Virus record (IMG/VR): IMGVR_UViG_3300038426_000029
Coordinates: 1 to 64,000 of that record
Origin: a virus
Lineage: Duplodnaviria > Caudoviricetes
DNA length: 64,000 nt
Strand: one strand, 5' to 3'
Below the pieces are notes generated by a model, which did not search any database, was not told the origin of the DNA, and was given only the letters and a program-made list of their open reading frames with translations. The position numbers and the translations under genes were made by a program. How positions within the stretch are numbered: the first letter of the stretch is position 1; each line of letters starts with the position of its first letter. Shown piece by piece: positions 45,312-55,846 of the stretch.

Positions 45312-48300
45312 CTATATACTTGAAAAGAGGCGTGTGAAGAAACCCGATAAGTAACCAAATATCCATCTGATCCAGTCGGACACAACGGAGTATATAAACA
45401 TAGCGAAACCTGTCAACACGTTTATGAGTCCGTACAATGTTTGGAAGTCATTAAGTGCAAGTGAAAGTAAACCTATACCCATTGTCTCCTGCCGAGAATC
45501 TAGGCTTTGTATCCAAACAATGAAGATAACAAATGGCATAAAGATTATCAAATTAGTACCACCAAAGAGGTTCCAAATGTTTCCTAAACCAAAACTGATA
45601 CTACCTACAACATTACCGCCATAGGTTATAGCTGTACTAGTACCATTCAAAAGATTTATCATTATAGTAACAAGTGCAATTATAAAACTTCCCATTATTG
45701 AAATCCAAGTAAATAGGAACACTGCGAAGTTAAAGAACATCGTTCCCAACGTTGTAACAAATGACACCATCATAGTTATTGACGCCACGAACCATATACC
45801 AATAGATGTTATCATAGCCCAAATAGCCACTACACCGCCACCAATACCAAAAAGGTTGAATACTGGCTGAAGTAATATGGTAAGTGGGCTTAGGCTTGGA
45901 ACAAAGTTTGCAGTAACATAGACTGTTAATGTGGCGTTGTTTGCCGAAGGACCAGCAACAAATGGTAATAACATAAACAGTTTAAGATGATATGTCTGAT
46001 TGCCAGTGGCTAAGTAAGGAGTGAAAACAACCTGATATGTACCATTTACGATAGCAGGGTCTTGGGCAACTAAAGTCTTATTCCAAACCTCCACTCTAGT
46101 AAATTGTGCATCTGGTGGTGAAACCATAACTGTATACAGATTAATGTTTGCAGGAGAAATTTCATAAAAAACACCACCTGTTATGGCTATCTGAACACCT
46201 AGAAAGACCTGTGGTGTTGTTGTCGTTATGGTTGCAACTAAATCGGATATAACATCACAATAGGCTGTTTGCATTTTAATTATGCCTGAAGAACCAGCAC
46301 CATTCACAGCCTCAAGATATAAGTCTAAATCAGCCGTAGTTGGGAAATTCCATTTTGTTTCAATCTTGAATGTTGCCGTTCCAAGTGTGCCTGATTTAGC
46401 CCAGACACAGTGTGCAGTGTCAAGATTTATTATTGTTGAGTTGGAAATTATTGACCAAACAGGAACAGTATTTAGGCTTGCACCATGAACCTTGAAATAA
46501 ATCTGTGCCCCTTTCATAGCTGTAATATATATATCCGTGACATCATTGGGTGAATTTACTGTGGTTGTAGATGCTACAAAAGTGTAATACTTATCCATGC
46601 TATAAATATTCCTGAACGTTGAAATTCCAGCACTCAAGTCTGGTACTACCAGATAATTTAGTGTTGGTTCATCACCTGTCAAAAGACCATTTACTACAAT
46701 TGTGTATGGTGGTCCAGCACCTGTCATCCAACCTACACCTGTTGGTGAGAAAGATTGATAAACAGATATTATCGGTGTTCCTGTTGTTATACCAGAACTA
46801 GTAATACCTACTGTAACACCACTCCATGAAGATGTTGAATTTCTATATATATTGTAATATATTTTGTCCGTTACTGGATCATTCATCCAAATAACAGAGA
46901 TATCCTCATAGCTATTTCTTGAGATTGTTGGTGATGGTGCTGTACCCAAGGAAGTATATAGAATTGTTTCTGCTGTGATAGCCCCCATTTCACCACTATA
47001 AAAATCTGAATCTATTTTGTTTGTCGATGTTGTATAAGCAATAAAAACATCATTATCTTTATTGACACAACTGAATGATGAGAATGATTTCAGAGAATAT
47101 GAGGTTTGAGAAACAGTATTAAATACAGATGTTCTTAAACACAACATATAATTGCTAATTGAAGTTGCACTACTATCACTATCAAAACAAACATCAAATA
47201 TACCTGTTGTAAAGATAAGTTTGGCACTCTTACCACCCACTGATGGAAGTAGATATGATATTGTACTCATAGTATTTATGTCTATTTTTGTCAATACTGG
47301 TGTTGTATAATTATATACAGTATATAGATATGTACCATCATTTACTATGGATGTTGGATTTGCATGATAACTAGGAAGAACAGACCAATTAGCTACGGTT
47401 AACATAAATGGTGTTATATTTATCTTTACGATCTTTGAATCTACACCAATGTATATGAAACTACCATATGCCGAACTACTATAAACATTCGCACCATAAC
47501 CTGCACCACTCCATGTGCCTGTGGTGGATAATGTTGTAGTATTCATCTGTATAGCCGCACAATTTGATGCTTGTGACATACTTATATAGACATTACCATC
47601 TGCGGCATCATACATAATCGTGTTTGTACCTACATAAATATAGCTTGTCACATCCTTGGAATCATATGTCATAGTAGATTCGAGAATTTTCACTACAACA
47701 AGATGATTAGTTGCCATATTTCTTGCTAATGCATACAAATATGTGCCATCTGAACACAAGCCAAGAGCATAATCAAGATTATAACTTGGGTCTGCTTTGT
47801 ATGATTGTGCTGTTTTCATTGTTACCGCATTTACTTTAGTTATTACTAAGTTTCCGTATCCTTCACAGCCAATATATAAGAAACCAGCATCATATACCAG
47901 TGTATTATTTGCGGGAAGTGTTGAATTATATTGCCAAACATCAACGGGGAAAAGACCATCTACGGTTAGTTTTTTAATGACTAATGGACTTTGATATAGT
48001 GATTCATAAAGGTACGTTCCATCACTAACTGCATTATTAAGTGAATTTTCCGTGTTGGTAGAATTAAATAAGACATTCTGAATTTCATAACCAGAATCAA
48101 GAAAACCATAAGAACTTGTACTTACCACAAAACTTGTGACAGACTTCCCACCAACAAAGGATACTGGTGATGTTAATTGCTTATCTTTAGCAACATTTAT
48201 AATAGTTTTGGTTGATGTGTGATCACCATATACAACCGTACAGTTGAGTTGTAATGTATGAGATGGGTCTGTTTGATATGTAATACCAATATTATTTAGT

Positions 48301-49574
48301 TCTGTTGAACTTAGCGGTGATGTAAAATTGTAATATATAATATCTCTTCCTGTTATTGGGTCTGTGGTATAATACCAGCTATTAACATACGAGTGCCAAA
48401 CAAATATTGCAGGTAGAGTTTTTATATAATTTAGTGTGCCAACACCACCATAGTAATCATCCCCACCATATCTATCATGTGATGCTATACCATCAACATA
48501 ATATTCTAAGTCTGAACTAAAGTTTTCCCACATGGTAGCATCATTATAAGTGATCTTGGTTATCACTTTTGCATTTGAAATACCATGTTCCGCATTATAT
48601 TTGTAAATAGCACCTAAAACATCACCATTAAGTGGCACTTGTATTGTGAGAGTTGTACCATCAGAATAATAAATTATAAATGTTCCATAAACAGGTCCAC
48701 TACCAGTAGAATACATGGTGGCTGATGCTGTAAAGGTACTTATGCTATTCAACTGGATCAAACAATTTTCTGACTGAGAACTATATCCACTATCAAAAAC
48801 AATACTTGAAAGTGTCTTTATACCCTGTTCAAGAATTGAACCAAGTGGTTCTCCATCTAAACCATATGCAGAGTTAAAAGACTTAGTTTTTAGTGGTGTA
48901 GAATCGCTCCCATAAGCAACGATGACATGACCATCAACTGTTGGTGTTGGGCAAACACCATATTGTACAAAAGCAAGTGATCTCTCAAGTTCTATTGGCA
49001 TAGGGTATCCAACTGTGCCATTGTCACGGTCACTTCTCATAACATATGCGGCTGTATATGTAGCATTTCCACCTATAACACCGTTTGAGTTACAATAACC
49101 AATCCATAAATATCCAGCAGTATCTATGCAAACTGATGGTGCTGTTACATAGTAATTATTTGTTTTTATTTTTGTCTCAGAGATTAACCAAACAATACTA
49201 CCATTCGTTTGTGTTATTCCATAACGATAGTATAATACACCTGCGGTGGTCACACGTACATAAGCAACATACGGACCATTAGAAAACACAGAAAATAGAT
49301 TACCAGAAGCAACACCTGTCACAGCAGTATAAATTGTGTTAAATGTGATATAGTCTGGTGTGGATGTCCATTTCATGTCTATGCCATCTGAATAGAAGTA
49401 CCAAGTCAGACCTGAAGCATTAAAAGTGTGTCTTTGGAAGTTATATCCAAAAGCCGTTGGTGATGTTGTTGTGATTGATGGGGTAGAGTGTGCAATCTGT
49501 TGTGGCATAATAAATGCACTCATAATGAAAATGAGTAACACAACTAAAGATTTAAACTTCATATTATCTACCAC
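45312..49574 (-). CDS. Large secreted, C-terminally membrane-anchored beta-rich protein (putative virion adhesin/tail glycoprotein)
   Basis: Signal-like N-terminus, DGTYLY propeller-like repeats, about 20 N-x-S/T sequons, long hydrophobic C-terminus. Confidence 0.75.
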   Translation of the reverse strand: MVDNMKFKSLVVLLIFIMSAFIMPQQIAHSTPSITTTSPTAFGYNFQRHTFNASGLTWYFYSDGIDMKWTSTPDYITFNTIYTAVTGVASGNLFSVFSNGPYVAYVRVTTAGVLYYRYGITQTNGSIVWLISETKIKTNNYYVTAPSVCIDTAGYLWIGYCNSNGVIGGNATYTAAYVMRSDRDNGTVGYPMPIELERSLAFVQYGVCPTPTVDGHVIVAYGSDSTPLKTKSFNSAYGLDGEPLGSILEQGIKTLSSIVFDSGYSSQSENCLIQLNSISTFTASATMYSTGSGPVYGTFIIYYSDGTTLTIQVPLNGDVLGAIYKYNAEHGISNAKVITKITYNDATMWENFSSDLEYYVDGIASHDRYGGDDYYGGVGTLNYIKTLPAIFVWHSYVNSWYYTTDPITGRDIIYYNFTSPLSSTELNNIGITYQTDPSHTLQLNCTVVYGDHTSTKTIINVAKDKQLTSPVSFVGGKSVTSFVVSTSSYGFLDSGYEIQNVLFNSTNTENSLNNAVSDGTYLYESLYQSPLVIKKLTVDGLFPVDVWQYNSTLPANNTLVYDAGFLYIGCEGYGNLVITKVNAVTMKTAQSYKADPSYNLDYALGLCSDGTYLYALARNMATNHLVVVKILESTMTYDSKDVTSYIYVGTNTIMYDAADGNVYISMSQASNCAAIQMNTTTLSTTGTWSGAGYGANVYSSSAYGSFIYIGVDSKIVKINITPFMLTVANWSVLPSYHANPTSIVNDGTYLYTVYNYTTPVLTKIDINTMSTISYLLPSVGGKSAKLIFTTGIFDVCFDSDSSATSISNYMLCLRTSVFNTVSQTSYSLKSFSSFSCVNKDNDVFIAYTTSTNKIDSDFYSGEMGAITAETILYTSLGTAPSPTISRNSYEDISVIWMNDPVTDKIYYNIYRNSTSSWSGVTVGITSSGITTGTPIISVYQSFSPTGVGWMTGAGPPYTIVVNGLLTGDEPTLNYLVVPDLSAGISTFRNIYSMDKYYTFVASTTTVNSPNDVTDIYITAMKGAQIYFKVHGASLNTVPVWSIISNSTIINLDTAHCVWAKSGTLGTATFKIETKWNFPTTADLDLYLEAVNGAGSSGIIKMQTAYCDVISDLVATITTTTPQVFLGVQIAITGGVFYEISPANINLYTVMVSPPDAQFTRVEVWNKTLVAQDPAIVNGTYQVVFTPYLATGNQTYHLKLFMLLPFVAGPSANNATLTVYVTANFVPSLSPLTILLQPVFNLFGIGGGVVAIWAMITSIGIWFVASITMMVSFVTTLGTMFFNFAVFLFTWISIMGSFIIALVTIMINLLNGTSTAITYGGNVVGSISFGLGNIWNLFGGTNLIIFMPFVIFIVWIQSLDSRQETMGIGLLSLALNDFQTLYGLINVLTGFAMFIYSVVSDWIRWIFGYLSGFFTRLFSSI

Positions 49575-49821
49575 AGGTTTAACGGTATGATCTGTATATT
49601 ATTTACACTAAATATATATAAATGTTAGTATAAAAAACAACATTCAAAATACCACCTATATCATAGCTTTTTCACAACATTTTAAAAAGACATATATAGA
49701 TTATATTAAAAATATTTTTATGAAAAAACCATCAATAATAAGTAATATTGTTTACATATAAATGTTATTATAATATCTAGATAAATATATTTCTACTATT
49801 TACTAGTTTTATATAAGATAA

Positions 49822-50676
49822 TCACACCATCCAACGATAAAATTTATGCCAATTAACTAAGTCTCTAATATCAATAGGTTTTAGTTCCATTTTCATTTTT
49901 GGGACTTGCAACACTATTGGATATTTGATCATAAGATTGCATAGTTTCTGTGTAGAACAATCCCCAACCTCAACTAGAATGATATCATTACCCTTCTTGG
50001 CATAGATGTCGGGTACATAATTATATTTATCTATTCTAACAAATCTCTCTCCCGTTGTAGTCCAACTCTGTACTGCCCACCCTAATCTCTCCAATTGATT
50101 ACTAATGAGTGATATCGTAACCAAATGAGATGTTTTTCCACCTCTATTATGTTTTTCTTTTAATGGTGCTTTTTCTCTCATTTTTTCTCTTGATGCCTCT
50201 GATTGGTGTTTTCCCTTCATAGGAGAAGGTCTACCCTTATTTGCCACACTTAATTTTATTTTTGTTGCCTCTGATGGATGTTTACCATAATTAGGACATA
50301 ACACACCTATCTTGCCTTTTTGTGCGTTTCCGATTTTTATTCTTGTTGCTTCCGAGTGGTGTTTGCCAAACATTGGATTTTTATCACCAGTTCTACCAAA
50401 CGCAGGGCATTTTTCACCTATCCTACCAAACATAGGGTTACTTTCACCTTTATGACCTTTTTTCATATTTGTCTCTTTAGAGTAATGTTTACCTGAATTG
50501 GCACTACCAATTTTCACTTTGGTTTCTGGTGTGAGATGTTTACCATAATTAGGTGCTTTCTCACCTGTCCTACCCATACTTTTCTTGGTCTTACTTATTT
50601 TTATTTTTGTTGCTTCTGAGAGATGTTGTTGTGGCATTTCATCAACATCAGAAAGTAACCATTCCATTTCAATCAA
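49822..50676 (-). CDS. NUMOD3-repeat/PD-(D/E)xK-like nuclease (copy 3)
   Basis: Same repeats; HLVTISLISNQLERLGW...YVPDIYA...LVEVGDC. Confidence 0.8.
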   Translation of the reverse strand: MIEMEWLLSDVDEMPQQHLSEATKIKISKTKKSMGRTGEKAPNYGKHLTPETKVKIGSANSGKHYSKETNMKKGHKGESNPMFGRIGEKCPAFGRTGDKNPMFGKHHSEATRIKIGNAQKGKIGVLCPNYGKHPSEATKIKLSVANKGRPSPMKGKHQSEASREKMREKAPLKEKHNRGGKTSHLVTISLISNQLERLGWAVQSWTTTGERFVRIDKYNYVPDIYAKKGNDIILVEVGDCSTQKLCNLMIKYPIVLQVPKMKMELKPIDIRDLVNWHKFYRWMV

Positions 50677-50690
50677 TTAATAGATATAAA

Positions 50691-50704
50691 ACTATTATAT
50701 AAGG
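50691..50704 (-). promoter_or_regulatory. TATA-containing promoter shared by the nuclease genes
   Basis: Minus strand CCTTATATAATAGT. Confidence 0.7.
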
Positions 50705-50713
50705 TTTGTGGAT

Positions 50714-51064
50714 TTATTCTTTGTGTTTGGAAGGATCGTATTTTACATCTGAACGTAGCTTTCTATAGTATATATAATATCCATCTCCCTGTTTTTTACC
50801 ACCATTATAACCAACCTTGTAAACAAAAGTTTTACCCTTAAAAATTCCTGTTCCACCCGATTTATTCTTTTCCAATAACCATTTTGGTATTTCATCTGGA
50901 TATGAATTTGGCATACCATAAGTTCCTATTCTCTCCCAATGCGTTTTTAGATACTTTTCATTTTCTTTGTCTTCTTTTTCTTTTTGCCTAATTGCTCTCT
51001 CTTTTGATTTCTCTTTTTGATTGATCTCTCTCGCTTTCATTTTCTGTTTCAGGCTTTCAAACAT
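50714..51064 (-). CDS. Hypothetical protein with charged N-terminal helix
   Basis: 116 aa. Confidence 0.6.
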   Translation of the reverse strand: MFESLKQKMKAREINQKEKSKERAIRQKEKEDKENEKYLKTHWERIGTYGMPNSYPDEIPKWLLEKNKSGGTGIFKGKTFVYKVGYNGGKKQGDGYYIYYRKLRSDVKYDPSKHKE

Positions 51065-51300
51065 TTTGTATCATATAAAGATGTGCATCATAACTATTTA
51101 AAGTTTGTGGTTTTTAATTACCTAAATAAGTATAATTCATTCGTAAACTCTGTAGATTTAAATGCATTTTATCAAATATAATATGAATAATTTTTAAACA
51201 GTTTCATAATCTATTTTATATAGAAAAGAACCGTTTTTATTTATTAATCACTAATTAGATAGTTAAATAATCATTTTATATATAAGTATTATTATAAATT

Positions 51301-54300
51301 CTAAAATAATACATTCGTACTCTTCACATTTGGCATTTTTACTATACTAACCTGTTTTGGTATCTCTAATGATCCTCTCTTGTTCCATGTATTTCCGAGT
51401 GCTTCTCTAAATGTACGTGCAGAAACTTCTTTTTCATTTTCGTTATCCATGAATGTATATGTCACTTTAAACTTTGATATGCTTTTTGATGGCTTATCCG
51501 CATAGTCTTTATCTGTTGGCTTTGCTGGTGCGGGAAGTTTCAAAGATGGATATTCTTTTTCTTCATATGACTGAGATGATGGTGAGGGTTCACTTGGTTC
51601 TGATAATTCAGATATAGATGAAAGTTCACTTGGTTCTGATGTTTCTGACACAGATGAAATTTTACTTTGCTCAGAAATATTACTTACCTCAGATATTGAG
51701 CTTATATCTGATGGTGATTTTGCTGATTCTACTGAACTTATATATTTCTCTACCTGATTTGAACTTACCTTTTCTGATGCAGATTCTATAGAACTTATAC
51801 TATCTTCTGATTGCACAGATTTAATAGAAGATGCTATTTTTGAACTAATTCTTTCAGATAGATTACTCTTCACAGACTCTGGTACAGAATTATATATCTT
51901 AGAAACTTGCTCTGGACTAGAAATATCAACAAGTTTCTCTATTGTAGGTGCAGATAAAGCATTAATCGCAGAATCTAACTGTGTGGCTGATAGTTTCCCA
52001 CTTGAAATAATAGTAGATAAATCATTTATTTGTGACGTTGATAATTTTATAGAGCCTGTGGTTGCTGAGATGCTATAATCGGTTGATAAAACAGCATTGA
52101 GTGTTGGTATATACATTGTGTTTGCCTTAATACTAGAAGAACCCGAATCAAGATTCACAATTTTGCTAATTGCATCTTCTGTAACAGTACCTGCATTACC
52201 AATTGGTTGCATCATCTGTAGTGGGACAATTCTACCGTTTATATTGACCCACAACTGATCACCAACTTTTATGAATTTCTGCCCCGGTCCAATGATTATT
52301 TGTGATTCCATCCCCTGTTCTGAGGGCATAACACCGACATACTGTCCTGATCTATCCAGTATATCCTGATAAAGTTTTCCTAAGTCTTTACGATCCATCT
52401 TACTTATAAAATCTTCATTGGTAACATCATCAATTCCAATTGAGATTACGCTTGCCTTAGCAAATGGGTTGACAAAAGCACTTGGCAAAGCTACCTCTTC
52501 TGCTTGTCCTATACCAGAAAATGCAGTACTCCAACTATGTGATGCCCAAAGTAATGGTGCATCTCCACCTGTAACACCGACTTTTGCTAGACTTGCAACT
52601 AATTGTGGGTCTTGGGTTCCTGAATATACAATAACTTTCCCCTCCTGTTCCAGTTCAGGTGGTGTATAGTTCACACTTAGCATCTTGAAGTTTTCTGGTG
52701 TTGCTTTCATTCGTTGTTCTTCAAAGCCCGGATACTTAGCCCTGCCCTCTATAACATTTGCCTCTGCAACTTCATATGCACTTAGTGGTTGTCCTTTTGT
52801 TAGCTTCATTTGAATATAGTTAAAAGGTGTATCACTATATGAGAATCCTACTTGGAAACCTTTTATACCACCAAGGAAAGCAGAAGAATCTACAGCAAAT
52901 TGACCCAACCAATCTTCTGCCCCTTTTGTCTGTAGCACTTTTTCAAGTCTATCATATTCATATGCGGCAAGACCAGCCGTTCCTGCTATAGTAACCAGTG
53001 GCATTTGTGTAATTGCCGCTAATTGATTTAATGTATCCATCTCAGTAACACCAAGTGATAGTTTGTCCATACCAATTGTTATAGCATTTTTAAGTTGACC
53101 TGTAAGTGTTGGTGCTTTAGTTGTAATACTTTCAACCGTAAGAGGTATAACTTTTCCCTCTTCATCAGTCACTAATTGTGTAGCCTCATCAATAATACCT
53201 AGTTTTGTTAAACCTGCTTTTATTGTAGAAAGAATACTTGATGGTAAACTTGCCCCTGTTGCTGTTGTTAATGCCATACCACCCCTTTCAGCCAAACCAC
53301 CAATTGCGGGAATTTTAGCTACAAGTTTACCTGCCGCACCATAAGCAAAACCAAGAACAGCACCTTCAACCATAGATGTGAAGTATATTTCTGCACCCTC
53401 TGTAGCATATCCCATTGCCTTGCCAACAATTACCTTGTCTGGTGTAAGCCCTCTATCCTCTAAATCTTTATATGTAAAGGTTTCCTGTTCAGGAAGAACT
53501 TGGAATAAATAGTTTGATCCATCTGCCTTTCTTGGTAGTAAATTTAAGAATGGTGACAGTTGTTTTTCTGTAGCTTCTGCAATTATAGCCTCTGCCTGTA
53601 AAACTCCCTTGGGATTGTACTCACCATTTTGACCTTTTATTGCCGAAAATGCCGGATAAAGCATATCCAACGCAACTTTTAAATCATTTGATTGTGCATA
53701 CTCAGGTGCTTGTGATGCAAGTTGCCATAATTTATTGCTGAGAACATCTACATTCGCTTTAATTTGTGTCTCAGATAAACCTTCAATATATCTATGTAAT
53801 TCATCAGGTGTCTTAAATTGCATCTCTGTTGCGTCTATTTTATTTGCTGTAGAACTCTTTGCACTTGTATCAAACTTCTGTATAGTAGAACCCTCTGCTG
53901 GACTTAAAATCAATGTGCTTGCGGCTTTTGTATTAATATCTACTATAAACTTTTGCATATCATCATAATTATTAAATATTTGTGTTTTTTTAACCCCATT
54001 ATCCGTGTAATTAAGTGTCCAAGAAGTCTTTGCTATAGATGCTGTTTGAAGTGATGATATAAGTTGTGTTTTCGACTTGGTATAAGTATCAAAGTTTTTC
54101 TTATATGTATCTAAGTCTGTTGGTGCTGTTGAAAGTGCCATTTTTAAATCATTCATATCTTTAATATATGCTTGTTTACCCGTTCCATTTTTGGTAGATT
54201 TATATGAAGAAAAATCATATTCATCCCATTTATGTAGTTTTACTATATCATTATATTGTGCTAGTGCATCATTTCCATCTTTAATAAAAGTTGTATATGA

Positions 54301-54783
54301 TGCTACATTTTTATCATACTCAGCCGTATTAACTTTAAGAAGAGTTGTTTCTAATCCAGCCCTAATTTTTGGATCACTTCTACCAAATTCTGTTGGGGCG
54401 GCTTGTGGGCTATCTCCTATAGCAAGTGCTAAAGGATTTGATGTTAGTTTTAATCTACTTTGTTCAATCATATTCTGTGAATTGTCTATCTTTGCCATTA
54501 TTGATGATACTGGTGGTATTACTTTTACTGGTGTTGAAGATATTACTGGTTTTATTGATGTTATTGATGTGTTGTGTACATTTACCCTATTTATTGCATC
54601 AACATAATTTGATGGTACGATAGTTGCTTTTTGGGCTTGTATTGGTGTCGATACTATTACTGGTTTTGGTTGTATTCTAGTTTGTTCTATAACATTTTGT
54701 TGAATTAATGCTTGTGATCTATTCAATTCTTGTGTACGTAATGCTTGTGCTTGTTGCTCTGATTGTTGATATTCTTCTGACAT
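51301..54783 (-). CDS. Large putative virion internal/structural protein with Ser-rich C-terminal linker
   Basis: 1160 aa; Gln-rich N-terminus, Gly/Ala-rich middle, SISS/SEPS low-complexity tail. Confidence 0.7.
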   Translation of the reverse strand: MSEEYQQSEQQAQALRTQELNRSQALIQQNVIEQTRIQPKPVIVSTPIQAQKATIVPSNYVDAINRVNVHNTSITSIKPVISSTPVKVIPPVSSIMAKIDNSQNMIEQSRLKLTSNPLALAIGDSPQAAPTEFGRSDPKIRAGLETTLLKVNTAEYDKNVASYTTFIKDGNDALAQYNDIVKLHKWDEYDFSSYKSTKNGTGKQAYIKDMNDLKMALSTAPTDLDTYKKNFDTYTKSKTQLISSLQTASIAKTSWTLNYTDNGVKKTQIFNNYDDMQKFIVDINTKAASTLILSPAEGSTIQKFDTSAKSSTANKIDATEMQFKTPDELHRYIEGLSETQIKANVDVLSNKLWQLASQAPEYAQSNDLKVALDMLYPAFSAIKGQNGEYNPKGVLQAEAIIAEATEKQLSPFLNLLPRKADGSNYLFQVLPEQETFTYKDLEDRGLTPDKVIVGKAMGYATEGAEIYFTSMVEGAVLGFAYGAAGKLVAKIPAIGGLAERGGMALTTATGASLPSSILSTIKAGLTKLGIIDEATQLVTDEEGKVIPLTVESITTKAPTLTGQLKNAITIGMDKLSLGVTEMDTLNQLAAITQMPLVTIAGTAGLAAYEYDRLEKVLQTKGAEDWLGQFAVDSSAFLGGIKGFQVGFSYSDTPFNYIQMKLTKGQPLSAYEVAEANVIEGRAKYPGFEEQRMKATPENFKMLSVNYTPPELEQEGKVIVYSGTQDPQLVASLAKVGVTGGDAPLLWASHSWSTAFSGIGQAEEVALPSAFVNPFAKASVISIGIDDVTNEDFISKMDRKDLGKLYQDILDRSGQYVGVMPSEQGMESQIIIGPGQKFIKVGDQLWVNINGRIVPLQMMQPIGNAGTVTEDAISKIVNLDSGSSSIKANTMYIPTLNAVLSTDYSISATTGSIKLSTSQINDLSTIISSGKLSATQLDSAINALSAPTIEKLVDISSPEQVSKIYNSVPESVKSNLSERISSKIASSIKSVQSEDSISSIESASEKVSSNQVEKYISSVESAKSPSDISSISEVSNISEQSKISSVSETSEPSELSSISELSEPSEPSPSSQSYEEKEYPSLKLPAPAKPTDKDYADKPSKSISKFKVTYTFMDNENEKEVSARTFREALGNTWNKRGSLEIPKQVSIVKMPNVKSTNVLF

Positions 54784-55052
54784 ATATTAGTCACTACCAC
54801 CAAATTTAGAAATATGATATATATGATCTAGGATCGGTGTAATACCTACTACACATATATCATATATACGCATTTTTAATTACTTCTTTACTTTCATTGC
54901 GTTCTTCTTTTGTGACGCAATTATCTTCTTTGCTATCTCTGGTGTTGTTGTTAGATAACCAATCGGTGTAACAACCGTGACCAACTTTGGCTTACTTGTA
55001 GCCGTTGCCTTATTCTTTACCATTTTTACTTTTTCACCTCCGTAGTCTAAGG

Positions 55053-55358
55053 TTATACCTTACGTAGAGTAATACGTCTGATTTGCCTATCAGCATATCC
55101 TATACCAACTGGTAGTGCTGTCAAATAAGTTTTCTCCTTTAAAATAACCTCTTTAGTATTATCATCTGCATATTTTATAAGCATGTTGAATCCACCTTTA
55201 TCTGTACCATTTACTTTTTTCCCTAGGACTTTTCCTGATAGCTTGGGTGTTTTTACTACTACTTTTGCCTCTCCACTACCTCTAAGATAATCATTTACCA
55301 CAGTGCCTGTTTGACGCTTATATCTGTGAACCGTGTGTTCAATTGGAGATTTTCTCAT
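55053..55358 (-). CDS. Basic hypothetical protein
   Basis: HTVHRYKR..G..V..Y.RG motif of a type seen in small viral basic proteins. Confidence 0.6.
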   Translation of the reverse strand: MRKSPIEHTVHRYKRQTGTVVNDYLRGSGEAKVVVKTPKLSGKVLGKKVNGTDKGGFNMLIKYADDNTKEVILKEKTYLTALPVGIGYADRQIRRITLRKV

Positions 55359-55478
55359 TTTTCAGACACCTCAGACTACTCTATCATAATGTTCTGTTCG
55401 TTCTTATATAAATGTTATGATAAGATACTCATAGAAAGATATATATGTTGGTAATAGGCACATATGGTAGTGAATATC

Positions 55479-55637
55479 ATGCTAACGGATTATATTTGCC
55501 CATACTGTGGCAATCCATCATTGAGTATGGAAGCCGTTAGAAAACATGTAAAAAAGAAGCACCCAGAAAATTTGGAAGATTTTAATAGGAAATTTTATCC
55601 AGACATTTCTGATAAATTTAAAAAACCAAAAGCATAA
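55479..55637 (+). CDS. C2H2 zinc-finger protein (52 aa)
   Basis: Manual translation YICPYCGNPSLSMEAVRKHVKKKHP. Confidence 0.7.
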   Translation: MLTDYICPYCGNPSLSMEAVRKHVKKKHPENLEDFNRKFYPDISDKFKKPKA

Positions 55638-55676
55638 TCTTTTTATACTCACCTCACACTTATATCTTTGATTATA

Positions 55677-55844
55677 ATGGCAAAGGGAATGAGCATTGAC
55701 ACACTTTACTTCATTGGTCTAATTTTTATTTCAATAGCTTCTGGTTTCAACGGTGGGCTTGACTCCCTCTTTTACACGTTTGGTACTGGTGTCTTTGGAT
55801 ATATTGCATTAAAAATAATAGCAAAATATCTTGGGTGGAAATGA
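55677..55844 (+). CDS. Small two-TM protein (55 aa)
   Basis: Manual translation MAKGMSIDTLYFIGLIFISIASG... Confidence 0.5.
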   Translation: MAKGMSIDTLYFIGLIFISIASGFNGGLDSLFYTFGTGVFGYIALKIIAKYLGWK

Positions 55845-55846
55845 AA

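Noticed and set aside
51065-51300. Very AT-rich intergenic stretch as a replication origin
   Set aside because: No iterons or ORB-like repeats seen; it can be explained by promoter/terminator sequence between genes.
51301-54783. Tape-measure protein of a tailed virus
   Set aside because: No regular aromatic periodicity and no tail tube or chaperone genes recognisable around it.
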